DNA of 64,000 nucleotides from Octopus sinensis (lineage: Eukaryota). The stretch is taken from NCBI RefSeq assembly GCF_006345805.1, contig NC_043015.1, positions 4,712,001-4,776,000 of the forward strand, in the 5' to 3' direction. How positions within the stretch are numbered: position 1 is the stretch's first letter; the number at the start of each line of letters is the position of its first letter. The translations under genes and the position numbers were made by a program. Below, piece by piece: positions 39,858 through 55,057 of this stretch. Under the pieces are notes generated by a model. It was not told the DNA's origin, ran no database searches, and worked only from the letters and a program-made list of their open reading frames with translations.

Positions 39858-40017
39858 ATATATATACATGCAGAATATAATATAAATGTAAGATTCAGGG
39901 ATTGGTGTAGGAAGAAACTTTGCTTCAAGGAATCCGTAGCAAATATATAAAGCAGTTTTCAAAGACAATAATGGTTTACTGAGACGGAATGTTATTGGTT
40001 TTTTTTCGTATATACAT

Positions 40018-40057
<40 letters not shown>

Positions 40058-40761
40058 CACATAATTATGCATACATATGTGTGTGTTTTTGTTCTTGTCC
40101 GTGTGTGAGTGTATGTATTTAAATACATGTACAATCGAGAAAATATACATGGATTCACGCATGGAATCACACAGCAACACACATCCATATTCATAAGCAT
40201 TGATATCATATATATGTCTTTTGGAAATATACGGATGTAATCTTCTTAATGAAGGCGATTCTGCAAAAGTACATTGAAATCTTTTCGTATGTGTCTATGT
40301 CAGGGCGGACGCGTGAACGACGTAATGAATGGCGATTTCCTGCAAATATAGAATGGAAGTGGTATGCAAGACAAGGACTAGTCTCTGGGCATTAAAAGTG
40401 ATATTGGTCAATGTTATCGTGTGAAAGAAAAAGCTGGTTGTATATATTTTTAGCCTCTTGCTGAAAGCTATCTCCAAATTCTACCTTCAGATAGCAGTTT
40501 AGATACAGTGAAACTTTAATGAAAATAGACAAGAGAATAAAAATAATAGATACTCAGATTATCACTGATGCAGAACTATTAACATTTAAAGTACGCACGA
40601 CCATTTGCATTACTTTGAGACACACGCACACACAAACACGCACACACACACACACCCATATATATATATAGAGAGATAAAAATGGTAAGATAACAAAAGA
40701 AAGAGACCTCGATATTATGTAAACATCTTTTATATTTGTCTGTCTGTCTGCATGTCTGTTA

Positions 40762-40792
<31 letters not shown>

Positions 40793-40805
40793 GTATATAT
40801 ATATA

Positions 40806-42673
40806 TTAAGGTATGTAGAAAAATACAACATGGACAAGAACGTATAACTCTTAGAAGACGATACAATAAACACGGACAGGACATTCGAAACCCTCAGTCT
40901 TCAGTCAAGAACCGGATCATCGTAGTAATTTCGGCTGATTAATCTTGAGATTACTAGATCACGGCCAGCCCTTCAAGAAAAACTAAGCAACGAGCATTAG
41001 AAAAACTAAGCTGGGAGCGTAGATTTCCTGGAAGAAGGATCGAATGCATACGGACACCAGGACAGCAAAAGGGACGAATATAAAAAAACAAAAAAATAAT
41101 GGAATACAGAAACATGAAATACAGAAGCATTAACGGTGAAAACAACAACAAGTGCCTTACGACTGATAACAAGCAAACAAATTTTTTCTCTCTGGCGCAA
41201 GGAAAGGAGCCTTATCGGCGATGCCTATAGCGGCGGACGAAAAACAACGATGTTAACACGACGCTGGTCAGAAGCTGAAAGGCAGATTTCGGCCAGCAGT
41301 CACGTGACAGAGAAGAGAGAAAAGAAAAGAAAGAGAAGCAACGGAAGAGAGAGAGAGAGGAGAGAGAGAGAGGAGGGACAAATGCAACAAAGAGAGAGAA
41401 GAGAGAGAAAGAAGGAATCAGAGAAGAGAGAGAAAGAAGGAATCAGAGAAGAGAAGGGATGGGTGTCGAAGATTGACCTGTGAGTGCAGAGCGAGACAAA
41501 GAATTAGGAGGGTAGTGGAAGATTAGACCAAAGAATCAGAGGAAAGAGAAGAGAAAAAGAGGATGAGTAGAGAGAGAAGGGGACAGATCAAGTAAAAGTG
41601 AGAGAGAGAGAGAGAGACAAACAAAGAGTTGTACCAGTTATTAAGAATATGTGCTCACATTAATGTTAAGAGGGTACGTGGCGCCTGGAATATATGTTAA
41701 GGTATGTAGAAAAATACAACATGGACAAGAACGTATAACTCTTAGAAGACGATACAATAAACACGGACAGGACATTCGAAACCCTCAGTCTTCAGTCAAG
41801 AACCGGATCATCGTAGTAATTTCGGCTGAATAATCTTGAGATTACTAGATCACGGCCAGCCCTCCAAGAAAAACTAAGCAACGAGCATTAGAAAAACTAA
41901 GCTGGGAGCGTAGATTTCCTGGAAGAAGGATCGAATGCATACAGACACCAGGACAGCAAAAGGGACGAATATAAAAAAACAAAAAAATAATGGAATACAG
42001 AAACATGAAATACAGAAGCATTAACGGTGAAAACAACAACAAGTGTCTTACGACTGATAACAAGCAAACAAATTTTTTCTCTCTGGCGCAAGGAAAGGAG
42101 CCTTATCGGCGATGCCTATAGCGGCGGACGAAAAACAACGATGTTAACACGACGCTGGTCAGAAGCTGAAAGGCAAATTTTGCCAGCAGTCACGTGACAG
42201 AGAAGAGAGAAAAGAAAAGAAAGAGAAGCAACGGAAGAGAGAGAGAGAGGAGAGAGAGAGAGGAGGGACAAACGCAACAAAGAGAGAGAAGAGAGAGAAA
42301 AAAGGAATCAGAGAGGAGAAGGGATGGGTGTCGAAGATTGACCTGTGAGTGCAGAGCGAGACAAAGAATTAGGAGGGTAGTGGAAGATTAGACCAAAGAA
42401 TCAGAGGAAAGAGAAGAGAAAAAGAGGATGAGTAGAGAGAGAAGGGGACAGATCAAGTAAAAGTGAGAGAGAGAGAGAGACAAACAAAGAGTCGTACCAG
42501 TTATTAAGAATATGTGCTCACATTAATGTTAAGAGGGTACGTGGCGCCTGGAATATATGTTAAGGTATGTAGAAAAATACAACATGGACAAGAACGTATA
42601 ACTCTTAGAAGACGATACAATAAACACGGACAGGACATTCGAAACCCTCAGTCTTCAGTCAAGAACCGGATCA
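40806..42673. repeat. Tandem repeat of an ~863-891-bp unit (about 2.1 copies), flanked by (TA)n; probably PLE-derived
   Basis: TTAAGGTATGTAG starts at 40806, 41697 and 42560. Copies are near-identical, each has an internal GA-rich tract, and both ends merge into (TA)n. Confidence 0.93.
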
Positions 42674-42680
42674 TATATAT

Positions 42681-42726
<46 letters not shown>

Positions 42727-43057
42727 TATATACATATGTGTATGTGTGTGAATGTGAATTTAGACTTTATTTCTTTCCTGTAGTATTTGTCAGTGGGGGA
42801 AAAGCATTCATGTCTAATGGGGACGCGAGAACATTGGCAGGCTCAGAAAAGCTATTCACTTATCAGCACAGATAGAAAAAAAAATGTATGAAATTTAAAT
42901 TTCGAAAATACACCTTTACAAGGTAAATTTTCATGTGAGAGATTCGCTCCAGCGAAAGCAGATGTTGTTAACCAAGTTTTTAAAAACTTCAATATAAATG
43001 TACGTAACACGAGAAATTGTTTGCACTTACACAGACGAAAGCGACGACAGCCAATAC

Positions 43058-43078
43058 GATAGATAGATAGATAGATAT

Positions 43079-43145
<67 letters not shown>

Positions 43146-43154
43146 CATAGATAC

Positions 43155-43201
<47 letters not shown>

Positions 43202-43212
43202 CATACATAGAC

Positions 43213-43296
<84 letters not shown>

Positions 43297-43318
43297 TGAT
43301 AGACAGAAAGATAGATAG
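43058..43318. repeat. (GATA)n microsatellite
   Basis: Direct reading; further tracts at ~25284-25380 and ~63058-63113. Confidence 0.97.
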
Positions 43319-46300
43319 TTGGATAGATTGTTCATCTACACATTAATACGTAAAATCTGGGATGGGAGATACATAAAAATTGTTGGGATTCCTTTTAATA
43401 TATTTTGCTCTAATTTTTTGAAAAAATTCTGCGACATTGCCAAATATTGTATTGTCTAAAACTGAATTGCAACTTCATTATTTAGCGAGCTTTTTGCAAT
43501 CTTGAATTACTAATAATTTTAACTAATATGTATACAGTATGATTATAGTTTTGCAATTGTTAAAACTATATCACACGTACCCGTATAGGATACTGGCTAC
43601 GATCCCAACGTTAGATCTATTAGTTCCGCTCATCCTTCATATTTGCTAGAATGGAGGAATATAATTCATACAAGTTAGTGGTAGTTAGGTGTCAGTTAGG
43701 TCCCAAATAAGGGTGGAGAAAAGGTGATTAACTTTACCTATAACGCTCAGTTCAAATGCGTCATAATATTCATTGTAATTTACAAGTATATTGTACTTAG
43801 AAAGTAAACAATTGCTTGAAATGAAGCAGACATTTAAATCTCATTATTAATCGAAAACTTAATCTTAATGTATCTGGATGTGCCTGGTTTTCGTATGTAA
43901 ATTATGATGGTTTATTTAAAAAAAGAGATTTATTTTCTGGTAAGATTTCATATAATATCAAAAAGAGCTGTTTCAATTAAGTAGCCGTAGATGTGCGATA
44001 CACATGTTTAAGATATATAAAACAGATAGTCAACAATTTATGAACAAACTAACTATACTATTATATTGTTGTTGAATGAACAGATACCAATAACGTGATC
44101 CGTACACGATGCACCATTTGATGTCTTAACATTTTTGAAATAAAATAATTTAGAAAAACAAATTAAATTGGCTTCTATGTGCATCTTCGTTCTGAGAAAA
44201 AGAAAATCAGTAAATTCAGTGATAACCACAATATAGTCAAACTAATTACTTCCAGATGACCGGTTGATAAAATATTTTTGTAATAAAATTGGAAAAGAAT
44301 ATCTTTTTTTTATATGTGTGTGTTTGTTTAAATCTACGTACATAGTACACTTTATTGTGCCTACATATATACTGTTAGTTCACATCATATTATGATTTTA
44401 CTTTCGGACTATTGTACATTTTTCTTATACAATGTATAATATTCCAGATAAATCAGACAAATCTGTGTTGCAAAATCGTGGGTAAATTCACATGAGGGTA
44501 TTTCAATTTGATAAACCATAATTTTTATGCCAGTGCATGGTTTGAAACTCTTTGAAGCATAATGGATATTTTTTTAACGTCATGTCATATTAGTGCAAAC
44601 TATCAACTAATAAACAGGAAAATATAACAAACAGGCTATTTGTACAGCGGGGACATTAGGGCAACAAGGGCTCTTATATCTTTGGTAAGGTTAATTAATA
44701 TCCTTCGAATATTATTAAAATACAGTATGGATTATAGTTTAGTTGTTTCAGTGACGACGAAGAAAATTATTGATAAAATCTGCAGCGCAGGAATTGGTTA
44801 AGTTGCAAGAACATCCTACAACGTATATTGCATGCATCGAAGAAGAAAGATTGACAGACGATTCAGAAATAAACTGAATTCCAATTGGCAGATATATAAC
44901 AAAAAAACCTTCAAAGATATTAAAACATTCTATGCCTATGCATATACGCATAAATTGCAGTTCGGTGTAAGGAAGAAATGAGAGAATTCAGATATAAACT
45001 GGATTTGAATTTGTAGATATACGACGGAAAAATAACAACTTTAGAAATACAGTTTCAGTAAATTTTATACGTATATAATCAGCCGCAGTTTGAATGGCAA
45101 ACACTGGTATAATTCTGGAGTGTGTTTCACATAGCTTACGTTCCACTGAAACTATATCGCAAAAGACTGCGTAATACATGCTTTATAATAGCAATATCCT
45201 CGCATACTTTATGAACAGTAAAGCTTGCACTACTAAGAATAATTTAGGACTGGTAAGTAAAACATGAATAGGGAATTAAATATGTATATATAGACATGTG
45301 TGTGTATGTATACATGTGTGGCCATGTGTGTGGGCGTGCACCTTTATGTCTTTGTACATATGCACGATCGGAGAGCAATCATTTCGCTATTCTACGAATT
45401 ATATTAAGTTTTCTATTAAATATAATTACGTAAGCTTGCCCGGTACGTGATGTTGATAAGCTACGTCGATATTACTCACTCTAAGATGGGAATGTGTGAT
45501 TGTGTGTGAGTTACCCAACTTGTCCATGATTCCGGGGGGGGGGGGTTAACAACCATCATGTTGTTGTCCGGTAAAACCCGCACGACGTAGGATGAACGCC
45601 TTGAGCATGCAAGACGTGGATTGGCGACATTATTCAACTTCGATCCTGGTCTATTTTCGGCATTCGAGTTATAATTTGTCATTTCACTTGATATTTGTCT
45701 GTATACATAAGGCGTTTCTGCAGCACGCACGCACTCAAATGTAAATATACACACACTAATTCACAAAGCTGGATATATATGTATATATATGTAAATATTT
45801 ATACACACATCTTCAGAATATAACGCATGAAAATGAAGTAAGTTGTTTTCAACTGAACTTCAGACTTTGTTATTCATTTTTAAATGACATAGGATATGTT
45901 GACGAATCCTTTCCTTATTTTTGATACAATAAGTTTCAATGGTATATACGAATTACGCATCTTGATTTTCTAACATGATTTTACAGAGAAAGGAATGAAA
46001 AATCCTTTTTCCTTTCTATGAAATAGAAGAAGAAAAAATTCAGTGTACCGTTGGACAGAGAAATTTAAATTAAAAGGTTTATGATATGTAAACAATTATG
46101 GGAATAAATATCACGTGATTGAAGGAAGGAAAGAACAATATTTAAAGGCATGAAAGGCCATTGCCAGTAGCAGTGATGAGCTTATGAAAAATACGGTGAC
46201 TCTTAAGATGGTTGCCAACATGCTGACATTATTAGATACTACTTATTTCTTCAAAAATACATACATCTCTCACTCTCTCACGCAATCTATCTACATACCT

Positions 46301-46355
46301 ATCCATCTGTATATATTTATATGTACATATATGTACATATATATATATATATATT

Positions 46356-46405
<50 letters not shown>

Positions 46406-46459
46406 CATACATACTTTATTTACATTTCACAGATGTTTGTCCTCACCATATTACTTTTT

Positions 46460-46505
46460 AACAAAATGTTTCGGCTGATAAGCCATCCAGCCATCATCAG
46501 GTGTC
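46460..46505 (-). ncRNA. Degenerate minimal hammerhead (same repeat family as 49727)
   Basis: GACAC-CUGAUGA-U-GGCUG...CAGCC-GAAAC-AUUUUGUU. Helix II is intact; helix III and helix I have decayed, with two of three changes at CpG sites. Confidence 0.5.
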
Positions 46506-46585
46506 TTGGGAAAATTTTGAAGCTGTGTTCTAATTTGTAAGGTATTTTGATGTTGCTGTTGTTGTTATTATTATTATTATTATTA

Positions 46586-46648
<63 letters not shown>

Positions 46649-47217
46649 GAGAGCGTATTGTTTTAGAAGGGAATGAAGGTCACCTTAAAATGAAACAAAC
46701 CCGCAATGAAAATTGGACTGGGAAACATTTGGAGGTGCTACTCAACATGAAAACAAACTCGATCCACAATAATCCCTACCTTATTTGCCTTGCACATATG
46801 GGACACATGTGCCCATATATGGAGATGCACATCCATACATACAAACATTGTACATAGTCGCAAAACACAAAGAGATGCATACACAAGGAGATAGAGCTGC
46901 ATACATATACAAACACAAGCTCACACACACATAGATACATATATGCATATGTATAAACACAAAAATATACATACATATATGCACACATATATGCATACAT
47001 CCAAGCATGCATGCATAGTTACATACACACACACACACTGACTCACACACATGCGCACAAACTAACAGAAAGGAACGCAGTGTAAATAACGGACAAAGGT
47101 AATACAATTGAAAATGTTGCAAGACACAACGGAAATTTTAGGAAAATAAAAATAAGGAATAAGTGGAAATTTTACCGGTGAGTGTGTTAAATTATAGGGC
47201 ACAAAAAGAAAATGACA

Positions 47218-48872
<1,655 letters not shown>

Positions 48873-48873
<1 letters not shown>

Positions 48874-49394
48874 CGGGATGTCCTGTGCTGACACCAAACG
48901 AATACAAAAATCGCCACGATAGGGTAGGACAGTATATACATTGGAAGATATCTAAACACTACAAATCCGACACTCCTGCTAACTGGTATGAACACCATCC
49001 TCAGCCAGTTGTTGAAGGTAAAGATGTCACCATCCTCTGGGATTTTCCAGTCAACACTGACAGAACGATCAAGGCTAATCGACCAGACATAGTTGTTAAA
49101 GACAGGGAAGAAAATACCTGCAGACTAATAGAAGTAAGCGTCCCCAATGATAAAAATGTATCTGTCAAGGAATTTGACAAACTTAGTAAATATAAGGACC
49201 TGGAAATCGAAATACAGAGGATGTGGAATCTTAAAACAAAAACTGTTCCTGTTATTGTAGGTGCCCTAGGTATGATAAAAAAGGGATGTCAGAAACACCT
49301 AGACAATATCCCTGGAAAACCATGTCGCAAGGAAATCCAAAAGATTGTGCTAACAAGTACTGCCCACATCCTTAGAAAAACCCTATCAATGTAA
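48873..49394 (+). CDS. Restriction-like (PD-D/ExK) endonuclease C-terminus of an R4/Dong ORF (partial, uninterrupted)
   Basis: RHD.V...IHW, ILWDFPVNTDRTIKANRPDIVV, LIEVSVP, KLSKYKDL..EI.RMW, PVIVGALG, IQKIVL..TAHILRK. Confidence 0.9.
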
Positions 49395-49548
49395 ATGTCT
49401 GTGTTTGCATTACATGGAGATATATCTCTACTTCCCCTCCCCAAGCTTTCAGCTATATTTCAACAACTCTTAACCTTCACTTGCCCTAGGGCGCTGGGTG
49501 TGCCCCGACAGGTGATTGCATCAAACATGCAGATTAAAAGTAAATGAC
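48873..49548 (+). mobile_element. 5'-truncated R4/Dong-type LINE embedded in (TAA)n
   Basis: Starts inside the CCHC knuckle (SGCPVL...YKNRHD), has an open REL domain and a ~150-nt 3' UTR, then (TAA)n from ~49549. Confidence 0.92.
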
Positions 49549-49585
49549 AATAATAATAATAATAATAATATTAATAGTAGTAGTG

Positions 49586-49646
<61 letters not shown>

Positions 49647-49726
49647 CAATAATAATAATTATAAACATAATGATAACATGGAAAAATACCTTAGGAATGA
49701 GAAGTCAGCGCTCGAAATTTCTGCAA

Positions 49727-49771
49727 GACACCTGATGAAAGAGTAATGTATATCAGCCGAAACGTCGTGTT
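49727..49771 (+). ncRNA. Minimal PLE-type hammerhead with palindromic helix III
   Basis: GACAC-CUGAUGA-(helix II decayed on its 5' side)...CAGCC-GAAA-CGU-C/GUGUU. Helix I is GACAC:GUGUU, helix III is the loopless palindrome ACGU, and the GUC site is cut after 49766. Confidence 0.6.
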
Positions 49772-49868
49772 AACAACAGAGAAGATGAGGACAAATATCC
49801 GCCAAATGTAAATAATGTAAATAAGACACATAATTCCTCATCTCTTAAATATAGATCTGTGATATATA

Positions 49869-49901
<33 letters not shown>

Positions 49902-49903
<2 letters not shown>

Positions 49904-50095
49904 TAATTTACAAGATAAGGGCAAAAGAAAAATTCCAATGCCAAATATGCCGAAAAAAATACAAAAATTGTCAATAACCATTATAATTTATGCATCCCGA
50001 AACAAACCGATAGAGATTTCTAAAAAAATCCGTTATTACCGTATTGGTCCAATTTCGGGGTTAATTCCAAAGAATGTTCTCCTCTTCAGCGATAA
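49902..50095. repeat. Dispersed repeat; second copy at ~52755-52940
   Basis: Shared GCAAAAGAAAAA..TCCAATGCCAAA.TATGCCGAAAA...CAATAACCATT.ATAATT...TTTCTAAAAAAATCC.GTTATTACC. Confidence 0.7.
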
Positions 50096-50159
50096 ATACG
50101 TGAGTGTCTGACAGAACAACTCGGGACCTTCGTCGTCAAAACATCAAAACAACGCTGGC

Positions 50160-50720
50160 TTCTAGACGAAGGAATTAAGCGTACCAAGAAATTAGCCATA
50201 AAGCACTAAGGACAATGAAGCACACCACCACATCATATCTCAAAACACTACTGTTTATATCGACCCACAATCCTAGACACAGTGAGGCATATATGACTAT
50301 GGTGCAAAATCTCCCTTTAGTAACTAGAGATACAAAATTTAACAACATCCTGAAAACGCATAAACTAACCAAATGCAAAGAGCAATACAAATCGCTAAAG
50401 AGACGTGTAACAAATGCAAAGCTTTTCAAAAGAACCACGAAATCAACGGTTAAAAAATCCGGACGCCCGAATAGTGGAGAGATGTTCACAATTAAAATCA
50501 GTTTCACTTGTGCCTCTGAGAACCTAATTCATGTAATAACCTGCTCGGTTTGTGGATAACAGTTTATTGGACAGACGAGTATGACATTGCAACGGAGACA
50601 CACTCTATATAAAGTGCAGAACTGGCTCACGCAATAGAGACAAATTCCTCTAAGTGAGGAATGTGCAGGTAACATCAAACCAAATATCAATCACCTCCCC
50701 GTTGTTTTACTAGTGTTTCT
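50160..50720 (+). mobile_element. Degenerate Penelope-like 3' fragment (linker + GIY-YIG)
   Basis: LLFISTHNP...FTCASENLIHVITCSVCG*QFIGQTS..LQRR (GIY-YIG pattern at ~50521-50600). Same strand as the upstream HHR at 49727. Confidence 0.8.
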
Positions 50721-50941
50721 ATCATTCACTCAAAAATACCACACACAACAGGGACCCAAAATATTTCTTCTTAAGAAAATGCGTAATTAAATAATTAAAT
50801 AATTAAATCTTAATGTCATGAATAGTGAAAGCGAAACCGGTTGATATAATAAGAAGTATATTAAAACTATGTAAAGTGTGTGCATTTTTCTTCTTTCATT
50901 TCAAATATATATATATATATATATATGTTTGTGTATGTGTG

Positions 50942-50978
<37 letters not shown>

Positions 50979-50980
<2 letters not shown>

Positions 50981-51266
50981 AGGCGCAATGGCCCAGTGGT
51001 TAGGGCAGCTACTCGCTGTCTTAGGATCGCGGTTTCGATTCTCAGACCGGGCGTTGTGAGTGTTTATTGAGCGAAAACACTTAAAAGCTCCACGACGCTC
51101 CGACAGGGGGTGCTGATCCCTGCTGTCCACTTTCACCACTCTTTCTTCTGTTGGCCTGCTCGCTTGGCCAGCGGCGTGGCGTCATTCGAAGGCTAAAACA
51201 ATGCGAACGTATTGTGACCAGCGATGTGTAACAACATCTGATGGTCTGGTCGGTCACGTGATCACA
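50979..51266 (+). mobile_element. tRNA-derived SINE, family 3
   Basis: A-box TGGCCCAGTGG (50989-50999), B-box-like GGTTTCGATTC (51031-51041), and a GC-richer body between microsatellites. Confidence 0.8.
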
Positions 51267-51835
51267 TGATATATATATATATATATATATATATATGGTG
51301 TGTGTGTGTGTGTGTCTGTGTATGTGTGTATGTATATATAAATTTATTCTATGTGAATGTATGTATGTTTGTATGAATGTAGGTGTCTTTGTATAATGCA
51401 TTATCATGTCAGAAATCATCAAAAATACGAAGCAAAATATAATTGTAAAGATTGATCAGGTAATTAAAATATCCATTCCTGACAGAAAACATTCAGTCTC
51501 CTCCACTCTATTGTTTATTCAAATTTAATTCCTATAACATAGATAAAGATGTTTAATGGAGCAAATATATATTATTTCTGTCAGCAATATACAATGTTAA
51601 AAATTGCTACAGTGATCTTGTCTAACGAAATTTGAGTTTTATAGATGTCTATTGATCTGATAAATAATTATTATCTTTTGCGTTTGTATTAAATTGTATT
51701 TTCTCATTCATTAAATCGTATTTCAAATATACGCATGCACATACAGAAAACCACGCATGTATGTGCGCGTGTGTGTGTTTACGTCTCTCTCTTTCTCTCT
51801 CACTGTCTCTCTCTCTCTCTCTCATCTCTCTATAT

Positions 51836-51869
<34 letters not shown>

Positions 51870-52320
51870 CATATATATATCAATATATATATATAGAAAG
51901 AGAGAGAGAGACAGAGAGAGAGAGACAGAGAGAGAGAGAGAAATATATTCATATTCACATATATAAAATTTCTCTCTCTCTCTATATATATATATATACA
52001 CGCCAAAATATTACATACATGTTATATGGGCAAACCCCACACAAACATACACACACACACACTCACAAACACACACAAACACACATACATCACATACAAG
52101 CATATGTTGTACGCATGTAAGAAGGAATTATTTCAATGAATTTATTTCCATCGTACAGATATAGAGAGCAAAGTATAAAATTCACTTGAAATTTATCCAA
52201 GTATAGATTAAAATATCCGAAACATAATGAGAGTGATCCTAATGAATATACGTCACTGTGTTAATGCAAGAAATAGCCATTTAATGGAATGCATATGGTT
52301 ATGTATATATATATATATAT

Positions 52321-52433
<113 letters not shown>

Positions 52434-52709
52434 GAACAGAAAATCACCAATATCACCTGAGGTTACATTTTATACATATATGAGTGTGTTCTTATATCTG
52501 TGTGCACATTGGTGTACGTACTTCTATGTACATATAGATATATATGTATTCATATATATATAGATATGTGTGTGTGTGTATGTGTGTGTATGTATGTATG
52601 TGTGTGTGTGTGTATAATGATTCAATGCATATATAAAGGTGCATGAATGCATATACATACGAAGAATTATGACACACACACATATACAAACATACAAACT
52701 TATTTATAT

Positions 52710-52761
<52 letters not shown>

Positions 52762-52993
52762 AAGTAAGAGCAAAAGAAAAAATCTCCAATGCCAAAATAT
52801 GCCGAAAATAGTCACAAAATCAATAACCATTATAATTCGTTACTACAAGCACGTGTTTCAAAGAAAGCCGACAGAAATTTCTAAAAAAATCCCGTTATTA
52901 CCATATCGGACTCGATTTCAGAGTTAGTTCATAAGAACCTTCCCTTCATCAGTGATAAATGAGGTACAGAATATGAATATATATATAGCCGTA

Positions 52994-53035
<42 letters not shown>

Positions 53036-54354
53036 ACAATTTACGACTGTCCGTCGTATAGCAGCCGTGCATGCTCATCGTAACTATTATAACTCTGCTT
53101 TTTACATCGTCCTTCTCATAATATTCTAAACTTTTTGCTTGTAGGAAATCTTTTAATCATGCCTTGTCTTCCATATATTTCCGACATACAGTATTAGAGA
53201 TTAAAATACATTGCTTCATTATTCTATTAGTGTAGCGGAATGAATTTACGAAAAGATTACCTTAAGCCTATTATAATTTAGAATGGCACAGTGAAATAAT
53301 GGTGGAAAATAAAGGAACAGTGATATAGCTGCATTCATTTACTTCCTTATCACATGCAACAGATCCAATACAGCAAGCATTCTACACCACCTCAGAGTGA
53401 AAACCATTGGGATATGACAGTTAAGTTCTTCTCGGTGATAAATTAATATCAGAGCGTCCTTCATACCCTTATTTCACTATGACCATAAAATCAGGCATAC
53501 CTACATAAAAGAATATGTCTCCGAAAAGGCTAGTAAGAAAATGATATATTGTTGAGGTGATAACCAGAAAGAGTTGGCTCTGGGGTGGCTTAACATATAA
53601 TGATTATCCACTAAATGGGACTTAAAATGGAAAACAAACGAGGTCACATTGAGATCTAAGTGTGGGCATTAAGGATACGGGGGAAAATGTGCATCTAATC
53701 TTATCAAAGTTTTGAAAAGGATTGAATAGTTCACTAGAAGAAGGATAAATGAAGCAATCTAAGTCATAAGTGTAGGGTAATTTTATATAATACGAAACCT
53801 CATAATGCTTATGCATAAAGCATAATGTTTATGGTCATCATGATAAAATATTCAACAATTAATCTGTAATAAAATTCAGATATCATCCATGTAGGAGTAT
53901 ACATATTCTATAGAATAAAAACCAAAGAATAAGGTCTAAAAAAATACGGTAAACAGGATCTAGACTTGTTCATTCGAAAATAGGCCCTCATGTTGTCATG
54001 CTTGTGTTGTCAGACAAACGGTCTTCACGTACCCACCCTGAAATTGGGAAATTTCGGAAAGTTTAGCCAATCACGTGTGCTGTGGTTCACTTCACTGTTG
54101 TCTCTACCGCACGTTTAAACAGATTAAATTAAATATATTTTGTATTTTATTAATAAAAATATAGAACCAACTGTTCCCCCTCTCTAAGTTATTAATCAAC
54201 AACTACGAAAGTTATCTGTGACTTTGGTGATCGGAGGAGAACTGCCAATTCCAGAGCTTTATCACATAGTCCTTCTCTCACATTTGTATACATACGTACA
54301 TTTAATTATCTATTTATATATCTCTCTATATATCTATCTAAATGTTTGTCTATC

Positions 54355-54394
<40 letters not shown>

Positions 54395-54459
54395 ACATAC
54401 ATATATACACACACCTACACACACACGCACACACACATATACATATATATATATTATTA

Positions 54460-54517
<58 letters not shown>

Positions 54518-54544
54518 GAGGAGAAGCATAAATAAATATATAGA

Positions 54545-54725
54545 TGTGGTATATTTTTCAAGGGGTGCTATATAGTATGTACCTTGCTTATCAACTGCAT
54601 ATTTCCAGTTTCAGTGCCACTCAATGGCAACTTGGCTAAGTGTCTTCTACTATAGACTCAGGCCGACCTTGTGAGTGGATTTAGTAGGCGGAAACTGAAA
54701 TAAGCCAGTTGCATATATGTGTTTC

Positions 54726-54760
<35 letters not shown>

Positions 54761-54965
54761 CTTGTATGTTTTTGGGACTGTGTCTGTTCCGCCAAAATTA
54801 CTTGACAACTAATTTGATGTGTTTAAGTCCACTTAACTTAGCGATACGGCCAATTGACCGATTGAATAAGTGCTAGTCTAAGAAAAATATAAGTGCTGGT
54901 GTGGATTTTCTCGACTTAAGTTGGTACTGCAGAATGACCGTGGTCAAATGACTGAAACAAGTAAA
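54545..54965 (+). mobile_element. SINE family 2, degenerate
   Basis: GGCAACTTGGCTAAGTGTCTTCTACTATAG...GCGGAAACTGAAATAAGCC...AAATGACTGAAACAAGTAAAA. Confidence 0.7.
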
Positions 54966-55057
54966 ATTATAAAATTATAAAATAATATATATATATATAT
55001 ATATATGCATGTATGTATGTATATATGTATGTATACAAACATACATACATACATACA

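Noticed and set aside
40928-40980. HHR-like GGCUG...CAGCC-GAAA on the minus strand of the 41-kb unit
   Set aside because: The upstream box is CUUGAAG rather than CUGANGA, and no helix I/III with a UH site can be formed.
50979-51060. tRNA gene calls for segments bearing A/B boxes
   Set aside because: No complete cloverleaf; they continue into SINE bodies.
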